Origin: an uncultured Solibacteraceae bacterium
GTDB lineage: Bacteria; Acidobacteriota; Terriglobia; 20CM-2-55-15
Direction: 5' to 3'
Assembly (NCBI GenBank): GCA_964584435.1
Contig: CAZOZZ010000004.1
Span: forward strand, 1 to 53,669
DNA length: 53,669 bases
Shown in pieces: positions 26,314 to 35,155 of the stretch. A program made the translations under genes and the position numbers. The stretch's first letter is position 1; every line of letters starts with the position of its first letter. Under the pieces are notes generated by a model. The model did no database searches and was not told where the DNA came from. It worked only from the letters and a program-made list of their open reading frames with translations.

Positions 26314-27306
26314 ATGTCATCAAAGACCCTTTTCCTGACCTTCATTGCCTGCGCAAGTGCAGGTTCCGTCGAAGCGCAACAGAGGACGGATCGTCCTGTC
26401 CACACGTACTCGATCGTGGCCCGGGACGCGGCAACGGGCCAGATGGGTGTGGCCGTTCAGTCGAACTGGTTCTCCGTTGGAACCCTGGTCCCCTGGGCCG
26501 AGGCCGGGGTGGGCGCGGTGGCGACTCAATCTTTTGTCGAAGTAACTTACGGCCCGCTCGGACTGGAACTGATGAGGTCGGGCAAGACCGCCGAGCAGGC
26601 ATTGGAGTCTCTGCTGGCCTCTGATCCTGGAAAAGCGGTTCGTCAGGTGGCAATGATCGATGCCGCGGGTAACGTGGCCACGCATACCGGTTCGAACTGT
26701 ATCCAGGCCGCCGGTCACATCTCGGGAATCAACTATTCGGTCCAGGCCAACATGATGCTCAACGATCAGGTCTGGGGCGCAATGTCGGTCGCCTTCGAGT
26801 CCGCCACCGGCGACCTGGCCGATCGGATGATGGCCGCTCTGGATGCCGCGCAGGGTGCAGGAGGCGACATCCGCGGAAAGCAGTCCGCAGCAATCGTCAT
26901 TGTCAGCGGCGAGTCCACAGGCCGGCCCTGGGCGGACCGAATCATGGACCTTCGCGTTGAGGACGCACCTGAACCCCTCGAAGAACTGCGCCGACTGATC
27001 AAGCTACACCGGGCTTACGAACACATGAACAGCGGTGACCTGGCCATGGAAAACGAAGACATCGACGGTGCGCTTCGGGAGTACGGATCCGCCGAGGAAC
27101 TGTTCCCGGCAAACCTGGAGATGAAGTTCTGGCATGCGGTTGCCCTGGTAAACTCCAACCGCATCGACGAATCCCTGCCGCTATTTGAAGAAGTGTTCAC
27201 CCAGGACCGAAACTGGGCCACCCTCCTGATCCGACTGCCCGCCTCTAACCTGATCAGCACCGACGAAGCCACAATGCAACGCATACTGGCAACGGCACCA
27301 AACTGA
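26314..27306 (+). CDS. Secreted DUF1028-family (Ntn-hydrolase-like) protein with helical C-terminal extension
   Basis: ATG at 26314 after GGGAGA, with a signal peptide. HTYSIVARDAATGQMGVAVQS...AGVGAVATQS...AAQGAGGDIRGKQSAAIVIV matches the DUF1028 pattern. Confidence 0.7.
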   Translation: MSSKTLFLTFIACASAGSVEAQQRTDRPVHTYSIVARDAATGQMGVAVQSNWFSVGTLVPWAEAGVGAVATQSFVEVTYGPLGLELMRSGKTAEQALESLLASDPGKAVRQVAMIDAAGNVATHTGSNCIQAAGHISGINYSVQANMMLNDQVWGAMSVAFESATGDLADRMMAALDAAQGAGGDIRGKQSAAIVIVSGESTGRPWADRIMDLRVEDAPEPLEELRRLIKLHRAYEHMNSGDLAMENEDIDGALREYGSAEELFPANLEMKFWHAVALVNSNRIDESLPLFEEVFTQDRNWATLLIRLPASNLISTDEATMQRILATAPN

Positions 27307-27310
27307 TCTC

Positions 27311-27391
27311 TCAACGCAAAGACGCAAAAACGCGAAGACCGCAAATTAATATTTCTTTGCGGTCCTTTGCGAGTTTGCGTCTTTGCGTTGA
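27311..27391. repeat. Composite palindromic intergenic element (archetype)
   Basis: TCAACGCAAAGACGCAAAAACGCGAAGACCGCAAA - TTAATATTT - CTTTGCGGTCCTTTGCGAGTTTGCGTCTTTGCGTTGA. It fills the convergent DUF1028 / thrS gap. Confidence 0.7.
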
Positions 27392-27394
27392 CAA

Positions 27395-29191
27395 CTACGT
27401 TCGGCTTGCAATGCTTTCCCGGGCCAGGCCGAGAAACTCTTCGATGGTTTTGGCTTTCAGGTCCTTCCCTGAGCGGAGGCGGACTGCTACGGAGTCGGCT
27501 TCGATTTCCTTGTCACCGACAACGAGCATGTAGGGAATTTTCTGGACCTGGGCTTTCCGGATTTTCGCGTTCATCCGGTCCACGCCGGCATCGAGATCGA
27601 CGCGCAGGCCCTCTGCCTTCAGTCGCGCGAGGACCTGGGTGCAGTAATCGACGTGCCGATCAGCAATCGGGATGAGCATTGCCTGAACGGGGGCCAGCCA
27701 GACCGGGAACGCACCGCTGTAGTGCTCGATCAGGATGCCGAAGAAGCGTTCCATGCTGCCCAGCAGCGCGCGGTGGATCATGTACGGTCGGTGCGGCGCG
27801 CCGTCGTCGCCGATGAAGTTCAGGTCGAACCGCTCAGGAAGATTAAAATCGAACTGGATCGTACTCAGCTGCCAGGGTCGTCCAATGGCATCGGTCAAGA
27901 CGATGTCGATTTTCGGTCCGTAAAACGCGCCGTCTCCTCGGTTGATCTCAAACGGCAGGCCGGATCGCTCCAATGATCCGTGCAGCGCCTCTTCGGCCGC
28001 ATCCCAGCTCTCGTCCGGGCCCACCCTTTTCTCTGGCCGCGTGCTCAGGTAGAGCTTGAAGGTCTCGAATCCGAAAGCCCTGAGGATATCGAGACTGAAG
28101 TTCAGAACCTTGTCGATCTCGGCAGGCATCTGGTCGGGCCGGCAGAACAAATGCGCGTCATCCTGGGTAAATCCCCGCGCTCGGGTCAAGCCATGAAGCA
28201 CACCGCTGCGTTCGTACCGGTAGACGGTGCCCCATTCGGCCAGACGTATCGGCAGGTCCCTGTAGGAGCGCACACCGGTCTTGAATATGTTGACGTGGAA
28301 CGGGCAGTTCATCGGTTTTAAATAGAAGAGTTGATCGTCGATCTCGACCGGGGCGTACATACCGTCAGAATAGAAATCCAGATGACCGCTTGTCTCCCAG
28401 AGCGTGGCCCGTCCGATGTGCGGTGTGTAGACGAAGTCGTAGCCGTTCTTCAAGTGCTCCTGTTTGCAGTATTCCTCAGCAAGGTGTCGGATCAGCCCGC
28501 CCTTGGGATGCCACAGAACCAGGCCACCGCCGATGGTTTCCGGATGGACGCTGAACAGGTCGAGTTCCACGCCCAGTCTACGATGGTCCCGTTTCTTCGC
28601 TTCCTCGAGTCGCACGAAGTACTGCTTCAATTCTTTCTTATTCTCAAAGGCAACTCCGTAGCAACGCTGCATCTGCTGGCGTGACTGGTCTCCGCGCCAG
28701 TACGCTCCCGATACGCGGGTCAGCTTGAAGGCATCCGCCCTTATTGCTCCCGCGTCGTCGATGTGGGGCCCCCGGCAGAGATCGACAAACTCTCCTGTTT
28801 CGTACAAGCTGACGGTATCGACGCTGCCGCCTACGAGGTTTTCGTCTTCCAGGTCAGCGACAGCAGTCGTGCCTCTGCTTTTCAGGTCGTTGAGCAGTTC
28901 AACCTTGAAGTCCTGTCCCAGTTCACCAAATCGTCCTATAGCATCGTCGGTCGGCACTTCCGAACGTTCGAACTCCAACTTTTCACTCACCTTGCGCCGC
29001 ATCCGTTGCTCGATCTTTTCCAGATCCTCCGGCGTGAAAGGGCTCTCCACGTAGACGTCATAATAGAATCCGTCCGCGATCACCGGCCCGACACCGAATT
29101 TCGCTTCGGGGTAGAACTCCTGAATGCTGGCGGCCATCAGGTGCGCCAGGGAGTGACGAATTGTTTCCAGACTATTCTTGTTCTTAGACAT
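27395..29191 (-). CDS. thrS: Threonine--tRNA ligase (598 aa, no N-terminal TGS domain)
   Basis: The start at ATG 29191 gives MSKNKNSLETIRHSLAHLMA..., the HxxxH motif of the editing/SAD domain. Class II motifs and the anticodon-binding domain follow. The 40 upstream codons of the ORF have no TGS-like sequence. Confidence 0.93.
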   Translation of the reverse strand: MSKNKNSLETIRHSLAHLMAASIQEFYPEAKFGVGPVIADGFYYDVYVESPFTPEDLEKIEQRMRRKVSEKLEFERSEVPTDDAIGRFGELGQDFKVELLNDLKSRGTTAVADLEDENLVGGSVDTVSLYETGEFVDLCRGPHIDDAGAIRADAFKLTRVSGAYWRGDQSRQQMQRCYGVAFENKKELKQYFVRLEEAKKRDHRRLGVELDLFSVHPETIGGGLVLWHPKGGLIRHLAEEYCKQEHLKNGYDFVYTPHIGRATLWETSGHLDFYSDGMYAPVEIDDQLFYLKPMNCPFHVNIFKTGVRSYRDLPIRLAEWGTVYRYERSGVLHGLTRARGFTQDDAHLFCRPDQMPAEIDKVLNFSLDILRAFGFETFKLYLSTRPEKRVGPDESWDAAEEALHGSLERSGLPFEINRGDGAFYGPKIDIVLTDAIGRPWQLSTIQFDFNLPERFDLNFIGDDGAPHRPYMIHRALLGSMERFFGILIEHYSGAFPVWLAPVQAMLIPIADRHVDYCTQVLARLKAEGLRVDLDAGVDRMNAKIRKAQVQKIPYMLVVGDKEIEADSVAVRLRSGKDLKAKTIEEFLGLARESIASRT

Positions 29192-29267
29192 GGCAAATCT
29201 CTCATTCGACGGAAATTTAAATCCTGGGACAGACACCGGAAGATGGGATTTCGGACGCCGACCCGAT

Positions 29268-29795
29268 TCAGAACAGAGAAGGCTCGAAGGCCGTCGATCG
29301 GCCACGAACACCCGCGTCCGTGACTTTCTGCTCCTTCGTGGTCAGCGCTCCTTCCAGAGAGAGGAGCTTTTCTTTGATGTTGAGGCCGCCGGCATACCCC
29401 GTCAGGGACCCGTCGTGACCGACGACGCGGTGGCAGGGTACGATGACCGGTATGGGGTTGTCGTGGTTTGCTCTCCCGACCGCCCGGGCCGCACCGCGTT
29501 TGCCGAGATTGTCTGCAATCTGGCCGTAGGTTCGGGTTTCGCCGTGGGGAATGCGTAACAGTTCCCGCCAGACGGACAACTGGAAAGGGGTTCCCCTCAA
29601 TGCCAGGGAAAGGTCGAACTGCTTTCTCTTGCCGTCGAAATATTCAGACAATTGCCGGACGGCAGCGGAGTCGTCCTTCAGGTTGACAACTGCGCCTGTG
29701 GGGGTGTTCCGGCAAAACCGGATTGATTCCAGGCCCTCATCAACGGACACGACGGTCAGCCAACCGATCGGGCTATCTATGAGTTCGTATCGCAC
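29268..29795 (-). CDS. ogt: Methylated-DNA--protein-cysteine methyltransferase
   Basis: 175 aa with the active-site motif IPCHRVV (VIVPCHRVVGHDGSLTGYAGG). GTG start. Confidence 0.9.
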   Translation of the reverse strand: MRYELIDSPIGWLTVVSVDEGLESIRFCRNTPTGAVVNLKDDSAAVRQLSEYFDGKRKQFDLSLALRGTPFQLSVWRELLRIPHGETRTYGQIADNLGKRGAARAVGRANHDNPIPVIVPCHRVVGHDGSLTGYAGGLNIKEKLLSLEGALTTKEQKVTDAGVRGRSTAFEPSLF

Positions 29796-29941
29796 AAACC
29801 CAAGTTATCTCAAACTGACTTCCCGTACAAGATTTGCTGTTAAAACTCACCCAGTTGGACTCTTCCCGACCCCGGCCCGGGGCCAGGTCCGTTCACTAAG
29901 TGTCGATTGAAAAAGGCCCGGTGTTTTGTTATGTTTAGGGA

Positions 29942-30490
29942 TTGTCAAAAGTAAGAAGATTCTCAGGGAGTCAGAACAAAGATAGAACAAGGGTGAATCA
30001 TCGGATTCGCGACCGCGAGGTTCGTGTCATCGATGAAGAAGGCACGCAGCTTGGCGTGATGCCTCCGCAGCAAGCCCTACGGGTCGCTGAAGAGCGCGGT
30101 CTGGACCTTGTCGAAGTAGCGCCCAACGGTACTCCTCCCGTCTGCCGGATCATGGATTACGGCAAGTACCGGTATCAGATGAAGAGGAAGGCGCACGATG
30201 CAAAGAAGCATCAGAAAAGCATCACCGTCAAGGAAGTCAAGTTTCGCCCGAATACAGACGAGCACGATTACGAGTTCAAGAAGAACCACATCATTCGCTT
30301 CCTCAAACAGGGCAACAAGGTCAAGGCCAACATCTGGTTCCGTGGGCGTGAAATAGTCCACAAGGAAATTGGACGGGCTCTGATACAACGACTCATAGAA
30401 GAAATTGAGGAGATCGGCGAGGTGGAAGATCAGCCAAGAATGGAAAGAAACAACCTGATCGCCATCTTAGCTCCGAAGAAGGAAAAGTAA
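29942..30490 (+). CDS. infC: Translation initiation factor IF-3
   Basis: ...[24 protein letters not shown]...[14 protein letters not shown]... The first possible start after an in-frame TAG is TTG at 29942 (GTG at 29993 is an alternative). A non-AUG start is typical for infC. Confidence 0.9.
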   Translation: MSKVRRFSGSQNKDRTRVNHRIRDREVRVIDEEGTQLGVMPPQQALRVAEERGLDLVEVAPNGTPPVCRIMDYGKYRYQMKRKAHDAKKHQKSITVKEVKFRPNTDEHDYEFKKNHIIRFLKQGNKVKANIWFRGREIVHKEIGRALIQRLIEEIEEIGEVEDQPRMERNNLIAILAPKKEK

Positions 30491-30496
30491 TTTGAC

Positions 30497-30697
30497 ATGC
30501 GGATGAAATTGAAAACGCACCGTGGTGCGCGGAAGCGGTTCAAGCTTACGGCCAGCGGTAAGGTGAAGCGCCGACATTCACTGATGCGTCACATTCTGAC
30601 CAAGAAGTCGCCAAAACGAAAAAGGCACCTCGGCAAGTCCGCGATACTCACCCCTGCGGATGCTCGCAAAGTTCGCGAGATGCTTCCGTATGCATAG
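30497..30697 (+). CDS. rpmI: 50S ribosomal protein L35
   Basis: [25 protein letters not shown]... Confidence 0.92.
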   Translation: MRMKLKTHRGARKRFKLTASGKVKRRHSLMRHILTKKSPKRKRHLGKSAILTPADARKVREMLPYA

Positions 30698-30766
30698 CAG
30701 TCGGCCTGGGCTCCTTGGGCTGGCCGACATTTGCTGACCGACATTTATTGATGAGGACTATTACCA

Positions 30767-31132
30767 GTGCCAAGAGTTAAACGTGGAACCAAGAGGCACG
30801 ATCGACGCAAGAAGGTTCTGAAACAAGCCCGCGGATATTTCCTCGGCAAGAGCAAACTCTTCAAATTCGCAGCGGAATCGGTCGATAGAGCTCTCCAGTA
30901 TTCCTACCGCGATCGACGAACCCGCAAGCGTGATTTCCGTCGTCTGTGGATCGTCCGTATCGGGGCTGCGGCTCGCCAGAACGGTGTCAATTACAACCAA
31001 TTCATCTTCGGGTTGAAACAGGCTGGGATCGAACTGGACCGCAAAGTCCTGGCGGACATCGCCATCGAGGATCCGGCCGGTTTTGCCCAGCTTGCAGACA
31101 AAGCAAAGGCAGCAATCGGCCAAACCGGATAG
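30767..31132 (+). CDS. rplT: 50S ribosomal protein L20
   Basis: [25 protein letters not shown]... Confidence 0.95.
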   Translation: MPRVKRGTKRHDRRKKVLKQARGYFLGKSKLFKFAAESVDRALQYSYRDRRTRKRDFRRLWIVRIGAAARQNGVNYNQFIFGLKQAGIELDRKVLADIAIEDPAGFAQLADKAKAAIGQTG

Positions 31133-31141
31133 GTCAGGCCG

Positions 31142-32173
31142 ATGTCTGTTGGTGTAGATCAACTCCGCCAGATAGGCGCACAATTCGAACGTGAGAAGGA
31201 TTCGATCAGCGATCGCCGATCGCTGGATGAGATCCGCGCCCGATACCTCTCGAGAAAATCCGGACTCCTCACCTTACAACTCCAAGGACTACGCGAACTG
31301 CCGAAGGAAGAGCGGTCCGAGTTCGGTCGTCTCGGCAACGAACTGAAGAAGACGATCGAGTCGTCGATCGACGAACTCCAGAAGACGATCGACGACAACG
31401 AACGAGGAGCGGCCATCGAGGCCGAGGCCCTCGATGTGACCCTTCCGGGAACGCGGCGCCGGGTCGGCCATAAACATCCGATCACCCTGGCTCGAACCGA
31501 GATTGAACGCATTTTCGTTTCGCTGGGATACACGGTCGAAGACGGCCCCGAAGTCGAGACGACCTACTACAATTTCGAAGCGCTCAACATTCCGGCAGGA
31601 CATCCCGCACGCGACCCTTCGGACACCTTTTACATCTCCGATAACACGGTTCTGAGAACACAAACCTCACCTGTTCAGGTCCGTACGATGGAAAAAACCC
31701 AGCCACCGATACGCATCATTTGCCCGGGACGGGTTTTTCGGCATGACGACCTGGATGCGACTCACTCCCCCATGTTCCATCAGATCGAAGGGCTCGTGGT
31801 GGATGAAGGCATCACCTTCGCAGACCTGAAAGGTACATTGGAAACGTTCCACCGTCAGTTTTTCGGAGAAGACACCCGAACGAGGCTGCGTCCCAGCTAT
31901 TTCCCCTTCACGGAGCCCAGTGCCGAAGTCGATATTTCGTGCATCTTCTGCTCCGGTGACGGTTGCCGGGTGTGCAAGCAGACAGGATGGATCGAACTGA
32001 TGGGGTCGGGAATGGTAAACCCGGTTCTCTACGGGTTCGTGGACTATGACCCGGAGAGATATAGCGGGTTTGCTTTCGGGGGAGGTATCGATCGGTACGC
32101 AATGCTGAAGTACCAGATCGACGATATTCCGCTGCTCTTTCAGAACGATCTGCGATTTCTAGAACAGTTTTAG
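31142..32173 (+). CDS. pheS: Phenylalanine--tRNA ligase alpha subunit
   Basis: 343 aa with class II motifs (HPITLARTEIERIF, FRHDDLDATHSPMFHQIEG, GFAFGGGIDR). Confidence 0.95.
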   Translation: MSVGVDQLRQIGAQFEREKDSISDRRSLDEIRARYLSRKSGLLTLQLQGLRELPKEERSEFGRLGNELKKTIESSIDELQKTIDDNERGAAIEAEALDVTLPGTRRRVGHKHPITLARTEIERIFVSLGYTVEDGPEVETTYYNFEALNIPAGHPARDPSDTFYISDNTVLRTQTSPVQVRTMEKTQPPIRIICPGRVFRHDDLDATHSPMFHQIEGLVVDEGITFADLKGTLETFHRQFFGEDTRTRLRPSYFPFTEPSAEVDISCIFCSGDGCRVCKQTGWIELMGSGMVNPVLYGFVDYDPERYSGFAFGGGIDRYAMLKYQIDDIPLLFQNDLRFLEQF

Positions 32174-32224
32174 CCGGAAACGGAACGAGGTTTCAAGGGA
32201 TCGACATCCCAGCCTGGACTTAAA

Positions 32225-34246
32225 ATGCTTGTCAGCTTCAATTGGCTCCGAGAGTTCGTAAACTTCGACGGCAACGCGGGCGCGTTAGGAGATCGTCTGA
32301 CGATGGTCGGCCTCGCCATCGACGGCGTGGAGCCGCAGGAAACCGACACGATCCTCGAGTTGGACATCACGACAAATCGTGGTGACTGCCTGTCACACCT
32401 GGGCGTGGCACGTGAGGCGGCAACAATCCTCAACCAGGACGTGCGTCTACCCGAGGTACGACTCCAGGAAATCGATCTGCCCGCCGAGGATGTCTTCTCG
32501 ATTTCCATTGTCGATTCCGACTTGTGTTCCCGCTACTGCGGCCGCTACATCGAAGGTGTCCGGGTGGGTCCGTCGCCCCCGTGGTTGGTTGAGAGACTGG
32601 AATCAGTTGGAATAAGATCCATCAACAACGTGGCCGATGCCACGAACCTGGTACTGATGGAGTTGGGACACCCGCTGCACTCCTTCGACGCCGACACGCT
32701 CGAAGGCAAAGAGATCATCGTTCGACGGGCCGCGTTCGACGAAACGCTCGAAACGCTGGATGGCGTAAACCGGGAACTTGATCCATCGATGCTGGTAATT
32801 GCCGACTCGGGCCGGGCCGTAGCCCTGGCCGGCATCATGGGCGGGGCCGAAACCGAGATTTCAGCCTCCACAACCAACGTGCTGCTCGAAAGCGCGTGGT
32901 TCGACCCGATGTCGACCCGAAAAACCTCGCGAGGATTAAACCTCACGACGGAGGCGTCATACCGGTTCGAACGGGGCGCAGATATCGAAATGGCACGGTT
33001 CGCTTGCGATCGGACGGCAGCATTGATTCAGGAATTGGCTGGCGGCAAGATCTATCGAGGCGTGATCGACGTGTACCCCGGCCAGAGCCAGCCGAGAACA
33101 GCGACACTCCGGCGCCGTCGTATCGCCGAGTATCTTGGAATCCCCATTCCTGACGAGGAAGTCCTCGGCTTTTTCCGCAGGTTGGGATTCGTTTCGACTG
33201 ACCGGCCCATGCCGGAAGGATGGGAAGTCCAGGTTCCCAGCTTTCGGCACGACATCGCAAGCGAAGAAGACCTTCTCGAGGAAATTGCCCGTCATTATGG
33301 ATACGATCGTTTTCCCTCAACCTTGCCGGCCTGGTCGGGCCAGGGACAAAAGCTGCCCTGGAACACAGAGGAGTCGGCGATTCGGGAGTTGATGTCGAGC
33401 CTTGGATATTCCGAAGCATGCAGCATCGCCTTCAGTAACGTCGACCACGAAAGCCGGTTCGCGCCGGGTGTCGATCCGGTCGTCATCCTGAACCCCCTGT
33501 CGGAGGATGCACCGATCCTGAGGACGTCGCTGGTCGCGACGATGCTCAGGTCGATCCAATGGAATCTGAACCGCGGAACCCTCGATGTACAGTTGTTCGA
33601 GATCGGCAAGGTCTATCCAACCGACGGCGAATGCCGCCGGCTGGTTTTCGCGGCAACTGGCCGCCAGGGGGGACAAACCGTCCATCGTCAAGCGACTGAC
33701 TACGATTTCTTTGACCTGAAAGGCGATGTCGAGGAACTGCTCAGCATGTTCGCCGTGGATCAGGAGCCCAGCCTGGAGGGTGTCCCGGACTATTACCATC
33801 CAGGCCGCTGCATGCGTATCGGCTCTCTCGCGGTCTTTGGCGAACTTCATGCAAATGGCACAAAGCTGTTCAAGCTACGGCGCAAGGTCTATCTGGCAGA
33901 AATCGCAATTGAAGAACTCTACCAGGCCGGCTTGAAGACCGTTGCAGCGGAAGCAATTCCGAAGTACCCTTCGGTTCGGCGGGATTTTTCACTCTTGCTC
34001 GATCGTCAGATCCGATACTCGGAAGTGATTTCCGCGGTCCGGGAAGCGGCAGTGGAAGAGTTGATCCAGGTCGAACCGTTCGACCGACTGGACAAGGGTC
34101 CGTTTCCCGAGTCCTGCTACAGCCTGGCGATTGCCCTTGTTTACCGATCGCCCGGACGCACACTGACTGACGCGGAGGTCCAGGATTTCGATCGAAGGAT
34201 CCTGGAACGACTCGAAGGTCGACTCGGAGCCAAACTGCGAGCCTAG
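32225..34246 (+). CDS. pheT: Phenylalanine--tRNA ligase beta subunit (673 aa, lacks the B2/tRNA_bind OB-fold)
   Basis: MLVSFNWLREFV...LTMVGLAIDGVEP runs directly into ILELDITTNRGDCLSHLGVAREAA. B3/4, B5 and the FDX-ACB C-terminal domain are present. Confidence 0.93.
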   Translation: MLVSFNWLREFVNFDGNAGALGDRLTMVGLAIDGVEPQETDTILELDITTNRGDCLSHLGVAREAATILNQDVRLPEVRLQEIDLPAEDVFSISIVDSDLCSRYCGRYIEGVRVGPSPPWLVERLESVGIRSINNVADATNLVLMELGHPLHSFDADTLEGKEIIVRRAAFDETLETLDGVNRELDPSMLVIADSGRAVALAGIMGGAETEISASTTNVLLESAWFDPMSTRKTSRGLNLTTEASYRFERGADIEMARFACDRTAALIQELAGGKIYRGVIDVYPGQSQPRTATLRRRRIAEYLGIPIPDEEVLGFFRRLGFVSTDRPMPEGWEVQVPSFRHDIASEEDLLEEIARHYGYDRFPSTLPAWSGQGQKLPWNTEESAIRELMSSLGYSEACSIAFSNVDHESRFAPGVDPVVILNPLSEDAPILRTSLVATMLRSIQWNLNRGTLDVQLFEIGKVYPTDGECRRLVFAATGRQGGQTVHRQATDYDFFDLKGDVEELLSMFAVDQEPSLEGVPDYYHPGRCMRIGSLAVFGELHANGTKLFKLRRKVYLAEIAIEELYQAGLKTVAAEAIPKYPSVRRDFSLLLDRQIRYSEVISAVREAAVEELIQVEPFDRLDKGPFPESCYSLAIALVYRSPGRTLTDAEVQDFDRRILERLEGRLGAKLRA

Positions 34247-34250
34247 GACC

Positions 34251-34493
34251 GTGGCGAAAACACTCGAACATTTTCATGCTCTTGAAGAACGAATCGCGCA
34301 AGCAATAGACGTGATCAAGAGCACCCGCTCGGATAAGAAGGCCGTGGAGAATGAACTGGCAAAAGCGCGGGCCGAGATTCTTGAACTCCAGAAAGAAGTC
34401 GAAGGGTTACAGAAACGCAGCGCGGTAGCGCGGGGCAGAGTCGAGGGCCTCATTTCCAGCATATCCGAGCTTACCGAGGAACGACTTGTCTAG
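34251..34493 (+). CDS. Small coiled-coil protein (ZapB-like) preceding zapA
   Basis: 80 aa with a GTG start. It is heptad-rich (ELAKARAEILELQKEVEGLQKR) and overlaps the following zapA ORF by 8 nt. Confidence 0.45.
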   Translation: MAKTLEHFHALEERIAQAIDVIKSTRSDKKAVENELAKARAEILELQKEVEGLQKRSAVARGRVEGLISSISELTEERLV

Positions 34494-34785
34494 GAAGAAC
34501 AAGGGCGAAATTGTCGAAATCGAAGTCTACGATCAGCGCTATCCACTTCGACTGAGCGCAAACGCCGAACGGGACAACATCCTGAAGCTGGCCGAAGAGG
34601 TCGACCTCAGGATGCGCGAAATCGCGCAGCAAACCGGTACCGTGGATTCCCTTAAGGTCGCAATCCTGACTGCCCTGCATCTGGCCCAGGAACTCCGCGA
34701 TGGTGAGACTGGTGAAGGTGAACTCGAAGCGGCAGTGGCCGTCGGCTCACGAAAGTGGATTCGTGCGATAGACAAAGTGTTGTAG
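34486..34785 (+). CDS. zapA: Cell division protein ZapA
   Basis: VEIEVYDQRYPLRLSANAERDNILKLAEEVDLRMREIAQQTGTVDSLKVAILTALHLAQEL is a typical ZapA core. TTG start. The pheST-zapA linkage is common. Confidence 0.75.
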   Translation: MSRKNKGEIVEIEVYDQRYPLRLSANAERDNILKLAEEVDLRMREIAQQTGTVDSLKVAILTALHLAQELRDGETGEGELEAAVAVGSRKWIRAIDKVL

Positions 34786-34923
34786 TGGTCAGTTGCCAGT
34801 GGTCAGTGGTCAGTGGTCAGTTGGAGAAGGGCTGGAGCTTGTTTTGGTCAGCGACTATGTGGGCTCATAGTTCCACGCCTTCCCCTCTTCCTCAACTGAC
34901 CACTGACCACTTCCCACTTCCCC
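34784..34923. repeat. Heptamer-array palindrome (AGTGGTC x about 6 ... ACTGACC x about 2.5)
   Basis: Period-7 array at 34784-34824. GTGGTCAGTGGTCAGTTG (34806-34823) is perfectly complementary to CAACTGACCACTGACCAC (34893-34910), with a 69-nt loop. It starts within the zapA stop codon. Confidence 0.7.
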
Positions 34924-34931
34924 AACCCACA

Positions 34932-34960
34932 TTGACCTCCCCCCGGCTATTACCTACAAT
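34932..34960 (+). promoter_or_regulatory. Sigma-70-type promoter (TTGACC-17 nt-TACAAT)
   Basis: The -35 box is at 34932-34937 and the -10 box at 34955-34960, with a 17-nt spacer. It lies in an ORF-free region upstream of the structured RNA candidate. Confidence 0.45.
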
Positions 34961-34966
34961 CAACGT

Positions 34967-35149
34967 GCCCTGCGAAGTGCGTGTTGGCACCTTCATATTT
35001 GACCTATGTCTTATTTGAAGGGGTTCGATTTTCGTCGTGTGCGTGAGCCGTCCCTTCGGGTTGATGGATCCCTGAAGCGCGGAATAGAACACCCACCCTG
35101 TTTTCGACAGGCTCAAATAAGAGTGCCACACGGCTGAGCGGGGTTTTTT
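34967..35149 (+). ncRNA. ssrS: Candidate 6S RNA
   Basis: About 183 nt runs from the predicted transcription start to GGGG-TTTTTT. The 5' and 3' ends pair in a long interrupted helix of about 30 bp, by hand. It lies directly downstream of zapA, as ssrS does in E. coli. No covariance-model search was possible. Confidence 0.45.
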
Positions 35150-35155
35150 GCGCTT

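Noticed and set aside
26049-26405. Short ORFs spanning the repeat elements: 26049..26405, 26081..26323, 10364..10654, 38349..38680, 42396..42839 and 34892..35359. Their translations include LRLCVE, WSVVSGQWSVV and ICVICVICV.
   Set aside because: The peptide repeats are simply translations of the palindromic or tandem DNA repeats. They have no start context, and the same DNA reads open on both strands.
27311-27391. MITE or transposon interpretation of the palindromic elements.
   Set aside because: I could see no target-site duplications at any of the five copies. The window holds no transposase or RAYT gene. The inner arms differ between copies while the pairing is kept. REP-like structural elements are the more conservative reading.
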